DNA of 64,000 nt, from positions 960,001-1,024,000 of the forward strand of contig OY762721.1 in the NCBI GenBank assembly GCA_963666345.1, in the 5' to 3' direction. Shown here piece after piece: positions 10,841 through 20,705 of the stretch; positions within the stretch are counted from its first letter, which is position 1, and each line of letters begins with the position of its first letter. The notes beneath the pieces were generated by a model, which had not been told where the DNA came from, made no database searches, and saw nothing but the letters and a program-made list of their open reading frames with translations. Position numbers and translations under genes: made by a program. Source of the stretch: Desulfatiglandales bacterium. GTDB taxonomy: Bacteria; Desulfobacterota; DSM-4660; Desulfatiglandales; Desulfatiglandaceae.

Positions 10841-11488
10841 ATGGAAATCAAAACCGTTACAAATACCGTAACAGAATACTTGCGAAAACTGATTATTGTC
10901 GGGGAATTTTCAGCGGGTCAAAGGATAAATGAAACCGATCTTGCAGTAAGTCTCAAGATCAGCAGGCCTCCTATCCGTGAATCATTGAGGATACTGGAAA
11001 ATGAAACCCTTGTCGTAAATATTCCGAGAAAAGGTACTTACGTCACCGATATATCAAGCGAAAGGTTGCGCGATATCTGCCAGGCAAGGGAGATGCTTGA
11101 ATGTTATGCCATTGATATTCTAAAGGCAAAAAAGATAAAGACCCTTCCCGATGTTATCGCATCCTTGGAGTCGGCATCAGAATTACCCATACCTTCACAA
11201 GATAATAAGGATGAGGTGTTCGACTACCTTAAGGCCTTTGTGGATTTTCACATAAAACTGATTGAGGCAAGCGGCAACAGCTGGGTAATTCATTTCTATA
11301 AGTCAATTGCTTCTCATCTGGCGCGATATCAATTCATTTACCTGTATGTCCCCGGTACAGGCAGCCGTTCAACCGAGGAGCATTATAAGATAATGGACCT
11401 TATAAAGTCCGGCAACTATGAAAAAGCCAAAAAAATCATGAAAGACCATACAAATTATATATTTGAGTTTTTAAGAAACAAAATTTAG
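10841..11488 (+). CDS. GntR family (FCD) transcriptional regulator
   Basis: wHTH (ISRPPIRESL); FCD motifs FHIKL...SGN and EEHYKI. Confidence 0.92.
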   Translation: MEIKTVTNTVTEYLRKLIIVGEFSAGQRINETDLAVSLKISRPPIRESLRILENETLVVNIPRKGTYVTDISSERLRDICQAREMLECYAIDILKAKKIKTLPDVIASLESASELPIPSQDNKDEVFDYLKAFVDFHIKLIEASGNSWVIHFYKSIASHLARYQFIYLYVPGTGSRSTEEHYKIMDLIKSGNYEKAKKIMKDHTNYIFEFLRNKI

Positions 11489-11715
11489 CTAGTTCCCATC
11501 CAGAGATGATCCATTTCTGGATGTTGCCTTCAGACGTCAGCCATCGGCAAGTAGCCAACAAATTGATATCTCAAGTGTTTTACTGACAGCTGAGAGCTGA
11601 TTGCTGATAGCGTGAGTCCGTCTTGATTTATGGATGAATACCAGCAAGATCGACTAAACGGACGACAAGGATAGAGTTGAACCTGTAACCGTAAAAATCA
11701 AAAAGGGACCCGGCC

Positions 11716-12927
11716 TTGAAAATTCCGAATTCCGTATTTACCAAACGTCTCAAGAATACCTGCGAAAAAATGCAGGCCCGGAACCTGAGCGGCCTCGTAG
11801 TATATTCTACCGGCAGTATGATCGGCAATACCAGCAGCACTCACGGCTACATACGATATCTATGCGGCTGGGACGGGAGAAATTTACCCTCTGTCTTGGT
11901 ATTGACCCCTGGAAGAGCGCCTATCCTGTTTGTACCTATGCGTTCTTCTCAACTATTTGCCAGGGAAACTTTGTGTTTTGATGATATCCGCGCCGTTCCA
12001 AAGGCAAAAACCGGCCAGGAAATAGCCGATGTTGTCAATTCATTGGTTAAGGGAAACAAAAAAGTCGGATATATCGGACGCGACGAAACACCCGCACCTG
12101 TCTATGAGTCGCTGAAGGAATCCACACAGGGTATTGAATGGATCGAAGCGAACAGGATCATTGACGAGCAGAGAGTTGTAAAAGATGAAATTCAAATCGT
12201 TTTTCATCAGCGCGCGGCCGATATCTGTGATGCGATGTTTGGAACTCTGAGCAGGGAGATTTCAAAAGGCAAGAAGGCATATCAGCTTCAGGCCGACATG
12301 GAACATACCGCCAGATATATGGGTTGTGAACATGCCTCAAGCTTTTTAAGCGTCGGTCCGATCGCAGACAGACCCAGATATTCCAAGGGGGAATGCTCAA
12401 GGGCCCCTCAAAAGGGAGATCAGATCCTGGCAGCGCTTTTCGTCATGTATGAGGGGCATTGGGGGCATGCCATAAGAATCGGGACTATGGGAGATCCCGA
12501 TGAAGCCCAGACAAGGGCATTTGATATTGTTCTGGAAATGGAGGAAGCCGCATTAAGCAGGATGCAACCGGGAACGGAACTGAGCGAAGTTTGGATGGCC
12601 TCCGATAATGTACTTAGAAAGTATTATCCCGATGTAAGAGATCTTGACTGGTACTGGCTCAAGACAGGGCACAGCCTGGGCCTCGACTATAACGATCCGA
12701 TTTTATCAAATGCCTTCCCCAATCCCTATTTACTAAGAACCGAGGATATCGGAAGAGATGAGAAGAACGGGCCATCCATTAAAATTGAGGAAGGCATGCT
12801 TTTCGAGCTTCATCCCAACCTCTTTATTAAAGATGCCGCCACAGGAGTTATCGGTGATATGGTCCTTGTAAATGAAACAGGTTATGAGATTCTAAATAAA
12901 TTCCCCCGACAATTAATAACCTGGTAA
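11716..12927 (+). CDS. M24 (aminopeptidase P/creatinase) fold hydrolase with atypical metal ligands
   Basis: YIRYLCG N-domain, RVVKDE linker, GHSLGL, IEEGMLFELHP, GDMVLV. Confidence 0.8.
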   Translation: MKIPNSVFTKRLKNTCEKMQARNLSGLVVYSTGSMIGNTSSTHGYIRYLCGWDGRNLPSVLVLTPGRAPILFVPMRSSQLFARETLCFDDIRAVPKAKTGQEIADVVNSLVKGNKKVGYIGRDETPAPVYESLKESTQGIEWIEANRIIDEQRVVKDEIQIVFHQRAADICDAMFGTLSREISKGKKAYQLQADMEHTARYMGCEHASSFLSVGPIADRPRYSKGECSRAPQKGDQILAALFVMYEGHWGHAIRIGTMGDPDEAQTRAFDIVLEMEEAALSRMQPGTELSEVWMASDNVLRKYYPDVRDLDWYWLKTGHSLGLDYNDPILSNAFPNPYLLRTEDIGRDEKNGPSIKIEEGMLFELHPNLFIKDAATGVIGDMVLVNETGYEILNKFPRQLITW

Positions 12928-13009
12928 TGAGGCAAAAAAACGTCTGACTTCATCATGATTTATTTACTTAATTCTTATTAAAATTCAAACTTAGATTGAG
13001 GAGGCAAAG

Positions 13010-13369
13010 ATGAAAAGATCTATCGTATTTCTGTTGGTTATGTTTTTCCTGACCGTATCCTGCACCGGCACTTCCATGGGAATCAAAAAGAAAAGCGTGG
13101 AAAGTGCGAAGATAGAAAAAGTTGAATTTAAACCGGACAAAAAGGGGAATTATTATGTCCATGTGACCATAAAGAATATGTCCGGAAAGGATAGACCTTT
13201 CTATCTGGCGCTCCAGGCAGATGATCAGGTCCCCCAGTTTACCGCGTCAGGGAAAAAAGGGCAGCCGAATCTGGTTAAGGCGGGCGAAAGTTACACATTC
13301 AAAGTAAATACATGGAGAAAGGCCAAACCTCAAAAACTTCAGATAGAGGTAAAGGAGACATTGAGATAG
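13010..13369 (+). CDS. Hypothetical lipoprotein
   Basis: Signal peptide with lipobox-like LTVSC; GAGGAGG RBS. Confidence 0.75.
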   Translation: MKRSIVFLLVMFFLTVSCTGTSMGIKKKSVESAKIEKVEFKPDKKGNYYVHVTIKNMSGKDRPFYLALQADDQVPQFTASGKKGQPNLVKAGESYTFKVNTWRKAKPQKLQIEVKETLR

Positions 13370-13467
13370 CCGCGGACAGCCAAATGCAATCCAATGTCAC
13401 TTAAATGAGCACATACAATTTCAAGCTTATCGATTTTAAAACATTGCCAATCCAAGGAGAAAAACCA

Positions 13468-14466
13468 ATGAAAAAACATGCGGGATTCTTTTTTGTCTTC
13501 ATAGCATTAGTGATTCTGACATTGCCGGCCAACTCCCATGCCAAGAAAACATATCTTTTCTTCGGGGCCAGTGCAGCCTCTTCAAGCCACTATGCATATG
13601 TAGTCGGTGCCACAAAAGCTATAAATAAGTATGTCTCGGGGGTAAAGGCTAATGTGGTTGAAACAGGCGCAAGCGTGGACAACCTCAAAAGGGTCAAATC
13701 GGGTGAAATTGACATGGGCATCTGCTCCATGAAAGTCATGTATGAGGCATGGCAGGGACTTTCCCGATGGAAAGATAACGCCTTGCCTGATACGAGACTG
13801 CTCTGGCTCTACGCGGTAGGCATTGATTTTATAGTAGTCAGAGCAGACAGCGGAGTGGAAAAACTTGAAGACCTCAATGGCAAGAAATTCAACCCGGGAA
13901 TCAGGGGCTCTGCTTCAGAGGCTACCACAAAGCAGATATTCAAGATACTCGGGGTAGAGCCGGTTTATCATATCGGTGCGACATCCGATGCCGTTAAGGC
14001 GATAAAAGACAACAGGATAGTTGGTTATGTCAAAACAGGAGTAGGAACACAGCTCGATGCATCGACCCTGGACATCATGACCCTTACCAAAGTACGGCTA
14101 ATTCCGCTTACAAGCGAACACACAAAGAAGATTCTGGCTGAAATTCCCTATATCTCATTCATCACTGTTCCATCGGGTGGAATAAAAGCCATGCCTGATC
14201 AGCCGGCATATACGATGTGGGGAAGGCCGATAGGCGTAATGTGCAGCAAGAAGCTTCCGGACGACATAGCCAATAAACTTGTAAAGGGGATAATAAAGGG
14301 TAAAAAATACCAGGTTGACGCATGGCCGGCATTTAAGGAATTGGATCTTGTTCAGGATCCGCCGGACCTGACGCTTATTCCCATCCATAAGGGGGCCTTG
14401 GAGGCATACCGCGAACTTGGAGCAAAAGATATCCGACCGATAGCAATACCTCCGGAAGCAAAATAA
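13468..14466 (+). CDS. TAXI family TRAP solute-binding protein
   Basis: ETGASVDNL and IPIHKGA motifs; signal peptide; AAGGAG RBS. Confidence 0.92.
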   Translation: MKKHAGFFFVFIALVILTLPANSHAKKTYLFFGASAASSSHYAYVVGATKAINKYVSGVKANVVETGASVDNLKRVKSGEIDMGICSMKVMYEAWQGLSRWKDNALPDTRLLWLYAVGIDFIVVRADSGVEKLEDLNGKKFNPGIRGSASEATTKQIFKILGVEPVYHIGATSDAVKAIKDNRIVGYVKTGVGTQLDASTLDIMTLTKVRLIPLTSEHTKKILAEIPYISFITVPSGGIKAMPDQPAYTMWGRPIGVMCSKKLPDDIANKLVKGIIKGKKYQVDAWPAFKELDLVQDPPDLTLIPIHKGALEAYRELGAKDIRPIAIPPEAK

Positions 14467-14479
14467 GGCTGTAAAAAAA

Positions 14480-14520
14480 TAATAAAGGAGCGCTTCCATT
14501 AGTGGACCGCTCCTTTATTA
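14480..14520. terminator. Intergenic stem-loop (terminator or mRNA stabiliser)
   Basis: TAATAAAGGAGCG...CGCTCCTTTATTA inverted repeat between the TAXI receptor and permease genes. Confidence 0.6.
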
Positions 14521-14588
14521 TGGAATTTTTTGTTATTAACCCGGCAAAATCCGGTATTCCGTACTGAAAATACCTCAAGGAGCAATGC

Positions 14589-16595
14589 ATGCCCTCTGTC
14601 GAAAATCATGACCCACAGGCTAAGGAAAAAAAATTAAAGAATAGATCGGAACAACGAACTCCCGAAGGAATCTGGAAGGCAGCTTTAAGCGCGATTGCCG
14701 TAATTTTCGTTTTGTTCCAGGTCTATACAGGTTTTGCCGGGCCTCTTCCCAATTTGAAGCAGAGGGCGATACATGTCGGGTTTGCTTTAATACTGACATT
14801 TTTTATTATGAGGCCTTCAAAGAAAAAGACGGAACACCCGTGGGACTCAATATTTCTCGGCATGGATGTAATTTTTGTTTTGTTCGTGGTTTTCTCATGC
14901 GGTTACATCTTTTTCAACTATAACTGGATAATGGAAAACCCTGCCGAGTCAACGCCTACACAGCTTTTTCTTGGAACGGCAGCCATGATTCTTGCTTTGG
15001 AGGCAGGCAGAAGAACCATAGGAATAGCATTCCCGATCCTGACCATTATTTTTCTCTTTTACGCGCTGTTCGGCCAATACATTCCGGACATCCCGTTAAT
15101 AGGGGATTCCCTTTCCTATTGGGGTCATAGAGGCTTCAGCGTGAAGCACATCATTCAGGTTATGTATCTGAGCGACAAGGGCCTATGGGGGTTTGTAACA
15201 GGGGTATCTTCAACAATCGTTGCAATATTCATAATCTTTGGAGGATTTCTCCTTGCTACAGGCGCAGGGAACACATTCATGGATTTGGCGGTCAGGCTGA
15301 CCGGAAGATTTGTAGGGGGGGCCGCAAAGGTTTCAGTGCTGGTAAGTGCTTTTTTTGGAATGCTTTCAGGCTCTGCAGTGGCAAATACCGCCACCACGGG
15401 AAATTTCACGATTCCCTTGATGAAAAAGCTCAATTACAAAAATGATTTCGCCGGAGGTGTTGAAGCCACGGCATCCGCAGGCGGGCAGATAACTCCGCCT
15501 ATCATGGGTTCGGCAGCCTTTCTGATGGCTGAACTCCTTGAAATACCTTACGTCAAAGTTGCGGTATGCGCTGCCGTACCCGCCTATCTGTTTTTCGCGT
15601 CTCTATTTTTTGCAATTCATTTTGAAAGCAAAAAACGCAATCTGGGAAAGGTGCCCAAAGAAAACATCAAACCTCTAAGTTATATAATAGGACCGTCCCG
15701 CTCCATACCCCTGATGATTCCGGTCATAATTCTGATTGCCCTGATGCTTCAGGGACGCACTCCGGAGACATCGGCCTTCTGGGCAATTGCATCCCTTTCA
15801 ATTCTCTTTGTCTTTTCAACACCAAAGATATCTGAAATGAAAGAAAGGGGCGTCAGGCTCATAAAGGGCATGGATGCCGTGGGCAGATCACTTATAAAAG
15901 TTGTTCCTCTTCTGATCTGCGCCAATATAATTGTCTCGCTCATAACCCTGACAGGCATTGGAGTAAATATCTCCGAAATCATAATGAGCCTCAGCGGAAG
16001 CCATGTTTATCTGGCCCTGGGCCTTGCCGCCGCAGTGGCCCTGCTGCTCGGCATGGGAGTTCCCACTCCTGCGGCATATCTTCTGGCCGCAGCTGTCGTG
16101 GCACCATCCCTTATAAGTATGGGATTCGACCCGATTGCCTCACATATGTTTGTCTTTTATTTTGCCATCCTGTCCGTGCTTACCCCTCCGGTCTGTCCCG
16201 GAGTATACATAGCGGCAGGGATAGCTGATGCGGACTGGCTGAAAACTGCGTGGGTGGCTGTAAGGCTTGCTATCGTGACCTATATCCTGCCCTTTATGTT
16301 CATTTCAAACACTTCCCTGCTGCTGCTTGGACCGACATCCAAAATAATCTGGTCTGTTGCAGCCGCGACAATAGGAGTCTACATGATTGCCGCGGGAATC
16401 ATGGGCTACCTGATCAGAGATCTCAACAAATTTATGCGGGCCCTCTTAATCGTGGGGTCACTGCTCTGTTTCAGTAATGACCCGGTAAAGATAGGCATCG
16501 GAATAATCTTCGGTGTATTTGTGTTTGTGTATCAAAATTACTTGAAAAAAGCAGAACTGAGAGATAGTGAAGCTTCAATCGGGGCCAACCCATGA
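14589..16595 (+). CDS. TRAP/TAXI fused 4TM/12TM permease
   Basis: GGAAKVSV, SGSAVAN, GGQITPPIMGSAAF, GMGVPTPAAY and LTPPV motifs. Confidence 0.93.
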   Translation: MPSVENHDPQAKEKKLKNRSEQRTPEGIWKAALSAIAVIFVLFQVYTGFAGPLPNLKQRAIHVGFALILTFFIMRPSKKKTEHPWDSIFLGMDVIFVLFVVFSCGYIFFNYNWIMENPAESTPTQLFLGTAAMILALEAGRRTIGIAFPILTIIFLFYALFGQYIPDIPLIGDSLSYWGHRGFSVKHIIQVMYLSDKGLWGFVTGVSSTIVAIFIIFGGFLLATGAGNTFMDLAVRLTGRFVGGAAKVSVLVSAFFGMLSGSAVANTATTGNFTIPLMKKLNYKNDFAGGVEATASAGGQITPPIMGSAAFLMAELLEIPYVKVAVCAAVPAYLFFASLFFAIHFESKKRNLGKVPKENIKPLSYIIGPSRSIPLMIPVIILIALMLQGRTPETSAFWAIASLSILFVFSTPKISEMKERGVRLIKGMDAVGRSLIKVVPLLICANIIVSLITLTGIGVNISEIIMSLSGSHVYLALGLAAAVALLLGMGVPTPAAYLLAAAVVAPSLISMGFDPIASHMFVFYFAILSVLTPPVCPGVYIAAGIADADWLKTAWVAVRLAIVTYILPFMFISNTSLLLLGPTSKIIWSVAAATIGVYMIAAGIMGYLIRDLNKFMRALLIVGSLLCFSNDPVKIGIGIIFGVFVFVYQNYLKKAELRDSEASIGANP

Positions 16596-16612
16596 TAACA
16601 TTACCGCAAGGA

Positions 16613-17026
16613 TTATACACCCTCAGGTGGTCTGCCCATCAACATGGGATTCTGTGTAAAACCATATTTTTCATATAATCGGTGCGCATCACCGGTCTGT
16701 AAAACCATCTGAGTCATCCGTATCTTGGGGTGTTCAATAATGCATGAGACCATCCATTTGCCCAATCCTTTTCCCCTGTGATCAGGATGAATAACGACAT
16801 CTGCTATCCAGGAAAACACGGTGTAATCACTGACCGCGCGGGCAAAACCAACCTGCTTATCCTCATACAATAATGAAAAGCACAATGAGGTTTTCACAAT
16901 CCTTTCCACCACATCGCGCGGTCGGCGATCTCCCCAATAGGTGTCTTTCAAAAGTTGATACGCGACATCAGTATCCACCCTGTCAAAATCATCGGTTAAA
17001 AGGAACTCATCCTTGATCCATTCCAT
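16613..17026 (-). CDS. GNAT family N-acetyltransferase
   Basis: DVVIHPDHRGKGLGK acetyl-CoA motif; LYEKYGF. Confidence 0.9.
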   Translation of the reverse strand: MEWIKDEFLLTDDFDRVDTDVAYQLLKDTYWGDRRPRDVVERIVKTSLCFSLLYEDKQVGFARAVSDYTVFSWIADVVIHPDHRGKGLGKWMVSCIIEHPKIRMTQMVLQTGDAHRLYEKYGFTQNPMLMGRPPEGV

Positions 17027-17087
17027 TCTTTTTTCCCTTTCCTATGTCGAGCTTCTTTCGAATCAGCCCCTTTGCTTAATTCTCTCC

Positions 17088-17348
17088 TTACCCTTTGAGT
17101 CTTTCCGAAAGGAAATCCTTGAGCCTGTCTTTGTCCAACGACACCTCAAAGGGTATCAGTTCATCCTCAAACAGGACATTTGTTGAACTTCTGAAATTAT
17201 ATTCCCGGGCTTCTTCGGAATCGGTGGTATATATACCCAGATCTATTTTTTCTCCGAAAATCTCTTTTATATCCTCGGCTACGCCTATAGCCTTTTTGCA
17301 CGACATTCAATTGGGGTTTCCGCTGTGAAAAACTGTCGGTTCAGCCAT
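17088..17348 (-). CDS. Small UxxC selenoprotein, probably thioredoxin-like fold (86 aa; Sec TGA at 17307-17309)
   Basis: GGGAGG RBS, then ATG at 17348: MAEPTVFHSGNPN-TGA-MSCKKAIG... in frame with the 72-aa ORF. SECIS-like hairpin GGCTAT-AGGC-GTAGCC begins 14 nt after the TGA. Confidence 0.8.
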
Positions 17349-17597
17349 AATTACCTCCCTTTTTCAGATTTCATTTTCAGATTCACGTCAACTTGAGAGA
17401 CTAGCCTTCTTTTCAACCGTATATGAGCAGCAAAGTGAGAAGCGGTTCCTGTCTTTCGGCTTTTTTTATATACTCCCTTTTATCTCCAATGATATATAAC
17501 CCAATTCCTGGCCCTTTTTCAACACCTCATTAACCTATTTCATGGGGTTATCTTGGAGCGGTCCTGCCCCCCCCCGGACAACATCACGTAAAGTGAA

Positions 17598-17891
17598 TTA
17601 ATAGCTATTTGGGTTGGTATCATTACGTGAATGTATATAATCAACGAGAACATCATTGATTTTTGTCTGCCAGCCCTTGCCTTGAAGTTTAAAATAGTCA
17701 ATGACTTCACGGTTAAGCCTTAGACTAAGCTGTTTCTTTGTCGGAGCCACTTGAGGGCCGCGCACACGTGACGGAATATCAGGATGGGCCTTGCTGACCG
17801 CTTTCATCCCGGATATTATCTTTTTGGAAAGAGGGGGAGAATCAACGGCGTCCCAGTCCCCTTGTTTTATATTTTCAGGTTTTTTCTTCAT
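17598..17891 (-). CDS. brnA: BrnA family antitoxin
   Basis: RGPQ...KKQLSLRLNREVIDYFKLQGKGWQTKINDVL RHH signature. Confidence 0.88.
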   Translation of the reverse strand: MKKKPENIKQGDWDAVDSPPLSKKIISGMKAVSKAHPDIPSRVRGPQVAPTKKQLSLRLNREVIDYFKLQGKGWQTKINDVLVDYIHSRNDTNPNSY

Positions 17892-18145
17892 AATATCTCC
17901 TCTCACGACTATTTGCCCTGCGAAGGCTGATTAAACGAATATTTTTGCCCCGCAAGGCATATATTAAGACATGGAGACGATTGTCGATATTACCGAGCGC
18001 GATCCATCTCTCTTCCCTATAATCAGCTCGATCATCAATGGTTTCAATCGCTGATTCCCATTGGAAGCGTTCAGCATCCAAAAAAATCCACGTTGTGTTT
18101 AATATAATTGGCAATTCTCTTATTTTCGTCCCATTCATATTTCAT
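17875..18145 (-). pseudogene. brnT: BrnT family toxin, frameshifted in a 7-nt homopolymer
   Basis: MKYEWDENKRIANYIKHNVDF, then +1 shift at 18080-18086 into DAERFQW...EERWIALG...IRLISLRRANSRE. Confidence 0.85.
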
Positions 18146-18149
18146 GGTA

Positions 18150-18179
18150 TATTGTATCTACAATAAAGTTAATTGTCAA
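18150..18179 (-). promoter_or_regulatory. Sigma70 promoter of brnTA with overlapping operator; probably leaderless
   Basis: TTGACA-17 nt-TACAAT-5 nt-ATG; near-palindrome TATTGTAGATACAATA covers the -10. Confidence 0.75.
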
Positions 18180-18440
18180 ATCAATTGCTGATATAAAATT
18201 ATTGAGAAAGTGAACGTCTTGTTCATTGATTATCAAGGATAAAATGAGGAAAAGATCATGCCTGCCGGCTGGAGGCGGATATCTGTCTTTTAAATGCCGA
18301 TGACCTGCAATACCCTTTTCGGTACCAAAAACGGCCGTATAGAGCCTGTTTTCGGCCCTTTCCCGATACTTTATTCACCAATTTTAATTACCTCGGCCCG
18401 ATCCCGCGTGCCCCAGCGACACCGATTTTTCACGGGGCTT

Positions 18441-18732
18441 TTAGATGAGCATTTCAATATCAATTTCCAGTTCCCTTGCGATTGCCTTCAAAGTATCAAT
18501 TGTGGGATTTTTTTCCGTTCTCTATCTGAGACAGATAGGCTGAACTGATACCAACCTTTTTAGACAACTCATTCATTTTGATTTGCTTTTTTCTTTCTCC
18601 ATGCACGGATGGGATTAATGCCGTCAAGAATTGCAAAGGTGACTTCGCCCGGAGCTGTTATTTCTTTACCCACCTTTATAGCCCTTAAATTTTCTTCGAT
18701 TTCTTTTATATCTTCCGCATATTCCCCTGAGC
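18441..18732 (-). pseudogene. XRE-family HTH protein remnant (5'-truncated, two frameshifts)
   Basis: EYAEDIKE...NPIRAWRKKK / QIKMNELSKKVGISSAYLSQIENGK / NPTIDTLKAIARELEIDIEMLI across three frames; shifts fall in A-runs. Confidence 0.75.
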
Positions 18733-18743
18733 GGCGTACGGCA

Positions 18744-20648
18744 CTACTCCATAGGGGTTTTGCCCAGCATCTTTCTAAGCTCATCTCCCTGCACACTTTC
18801 CTTTTCAGAAAGGAGACGGGCCAGATCGTCCAAAACATTGCGTTGAGCGGAGAGGATTCCTCGAACCCTTTGATGGGCTTCCTCGACGACCCGGGAGATT
18901 TCTTCATCGATCTGGCCGGCTTTCTCTTCACTGTAGGTTTTATTGGGAGCAAAACTGTCCGGCAGGAACATAGCCTGGCGCGGGCGCTCATAGCTCACCA
19001 GTCCCAGGCGGTCGCTCATGCCGTACTCCGTGACCATTGACCGGGCAATATCCGTAGCCCGTTGTAAGTCGTTTTGGGCCCCTGTGGAGACTTCTCCGAA
19101 AACCAGCTCCTCCGCTACCCTGCCTCCCAAAAGAACGCCCAGCCGGTCCAGCAGCTCCGAGCGGGTCATTAAGTAGCGGTCCTCCGTGGGCTGCTGCTGG
19201 GTATATCCAAGAGCTGCAATTCCCCGGGGAATAATGGAAATTTTGTGCACCGGGTCGGCATGCTCAACAGACTCGGCCACAATCGCATGTCCGGACTCAT
19301 GGAAGGCGACAATTTCTTTCTCCTGAGAATTCATCACCCGGTTCTTTTTCTGAAGACCCGCAACCACCCGGTCGATGGCCTCGTCGAAATCCGCCGGCTC
19401 TACCGTTTCTTTGTCTTTCCGGGCGGCCAACAAGGCCGCCTCGTTTATGAGGTTAGCCAGGTCAGCTCCCACAAAGCCCGGAGTACGGCCGGCGAGCATA
19501 CGGAGATCGACATCGGGAGACAGGAGAACATTACTGGAATGGATTTTCAGGATGGCTTCCCGCCCGTTGATATCCGGGCGGTCCACCAGGACCTGCCGAT
19601 CAAACCGTCCCGGGCGCAGCAAGGCAGTATCCAAGATTTCCGGCCGGTTGGTGGCGGCCATGATGATGACCCCTTTATTCGTTTCAAATCCATCCATCTC
19701 CACCAGGAGTTGATTGAGCGTCTGTTCTCGTTCGTCATGCCCACCCATGACATTCATTCCCCGGGCTTTCCCCAACGCATCCAGTTCATCGATAAAGATG
19801 ATACAGGGGGCCTGGCCGGCGGCCTGGGCGAAAAGATCGCGAACACGGGCTGCTCCCACCCCGACAAACATCTCCACAAACTCGGACCCGCTGATGCTGA
19901 AGAAGGGAACCTTCGCCTCCCCGGCCACGGCCCTGGCCAGAAGGGTTTTGCCGGTACCCGGAGGGCCGACAAGAAGCACCCCTTTGGGAATTCTCCCACC
20001 CAGTTTCTGGAATTTCCCGGGGTTACCCAAGAATTCCACGACTTCCTGAAGCTCTTCTTCGGCCTCATCGATTCCAGCCACATCGGCAAAAGTGACCTTC
20101 GTCTCACTCTCGGCAAATATCTTGGCCTTGCTCTTGCCAAATGACATGACCCCCATCCCCGCCCCCATCTTTTTCATTGCGAATCTCCAGATCAGAAAAA
20201 AAATGCCGATGGGAATGACCCAGGAGAGAATGCTGCTCAGGAATTTACTCTCATAGTGCCCTGAGTAACTGACCTTGCGATCATCCAGATCCTTCACCAG
20301 GTCGGGATCATTCACCCGAACCGTGGTGAACGCCTGGTCCTGGCCCGGCTTTTTCCCTTTTCCTTTTAGCGTTCCGCGGATGTTTTCCGGGCCGATGGTC
20401 AATTTGCTCAAGGTGCCTTCGGCTATGTATTGTTTAAATTGGCTGTAGGGAATCGTCTCCACCTTTGCAGAAAAAAAGTTTTGTTGGAGGTAGGAAAATA
20501 GAAGGAAGGCCATCAGGAAATACCAGATGCTGAAATGAGCCTTAGGAGGTAAGGCATTCTTCCTTTTCCGGGGATCCTTGGGGCTGAAGATTGAACGAAA
20601 CTTATCTTTCAAAATTTCCCCCGGTTCCTTTTTCCCATTGGATGACAT
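18744..20648 (-). CDS. ftsH: ATP-dependent zinc metalloprotease FtsH (copy 1)
   Basis: Two TM segments; [29 protein letters not shown]. Confidence 0.96.
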   Translation of the reverse strand: MSSNGKKEPGEILKDKFRSIFSPKDPRKRKNALPPKAHFSIWYFLMAFLLFSYLQQNFFSAKVETIPYSQFKQYIAEGTLSKLTIGPENIRGTLKGKGKKPGQDQAFTTVRVNDPDLVKDLDDRKVSYSGHYESKFLSSILSWVIPIGIFFLIWRFAMKKMGAGMGVMSFGKSKAKIFAESETKVTFADVAGIDEAEEELQEVVEFLGNPGKFQKLGGRIPKGVLLVGPPGTGKTLLARAVAGEAKVPFFSISGSEFVEMFVGVGAARVRDLFAQAAGQAPCIIFIDELDALGKARGMNVMGGHDEREQTLNQLLVEMDGFETNKGVIIMAATNRPEILDTALLRPGRFDRQVLVDRPDINGREAILKIHSSNVLLSPDVDLRMLAGRTPGFVGADLANLINEAALLAARKDKETVEPADFDEAIDRVVAGLQKKNRVMNSQEKEIVAFHESGHAIVAESVEHADPVHKISIIPRGIAALGYTQQQPTEDRYLMTRSELLDRLGVLLGGRVAEELVFGEVSTGAQNDLQRATDIARSMVTEYGMSDRLGLVSYERPRQAMFLPDSFAPNKTYSEEKAGQIDEEISRVVEEAHQRVRGILSAQRNVLDDLARLLSEKESVQGDELRKMLGKTPME

Positions 20649-20705
20649 ATTCCCCCCCTTCATACTTACAAAAATTGATATCAACGAAAAGAACCCTTGC
20701 TTGCA

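Noticed and set aside
11583..11611. Short CTGAnAG heptamer repeats, and similar 8-mer repeats near 60515-60570
   Set aside because: Low-complexity intergenic repeats with no evidence of specific function.
18569..18991. 140-aa ORF overlapping the ftsH 3' end
   Set aside because: It is a chimera of an off-frame ftsH read and part of the XRE remnant.
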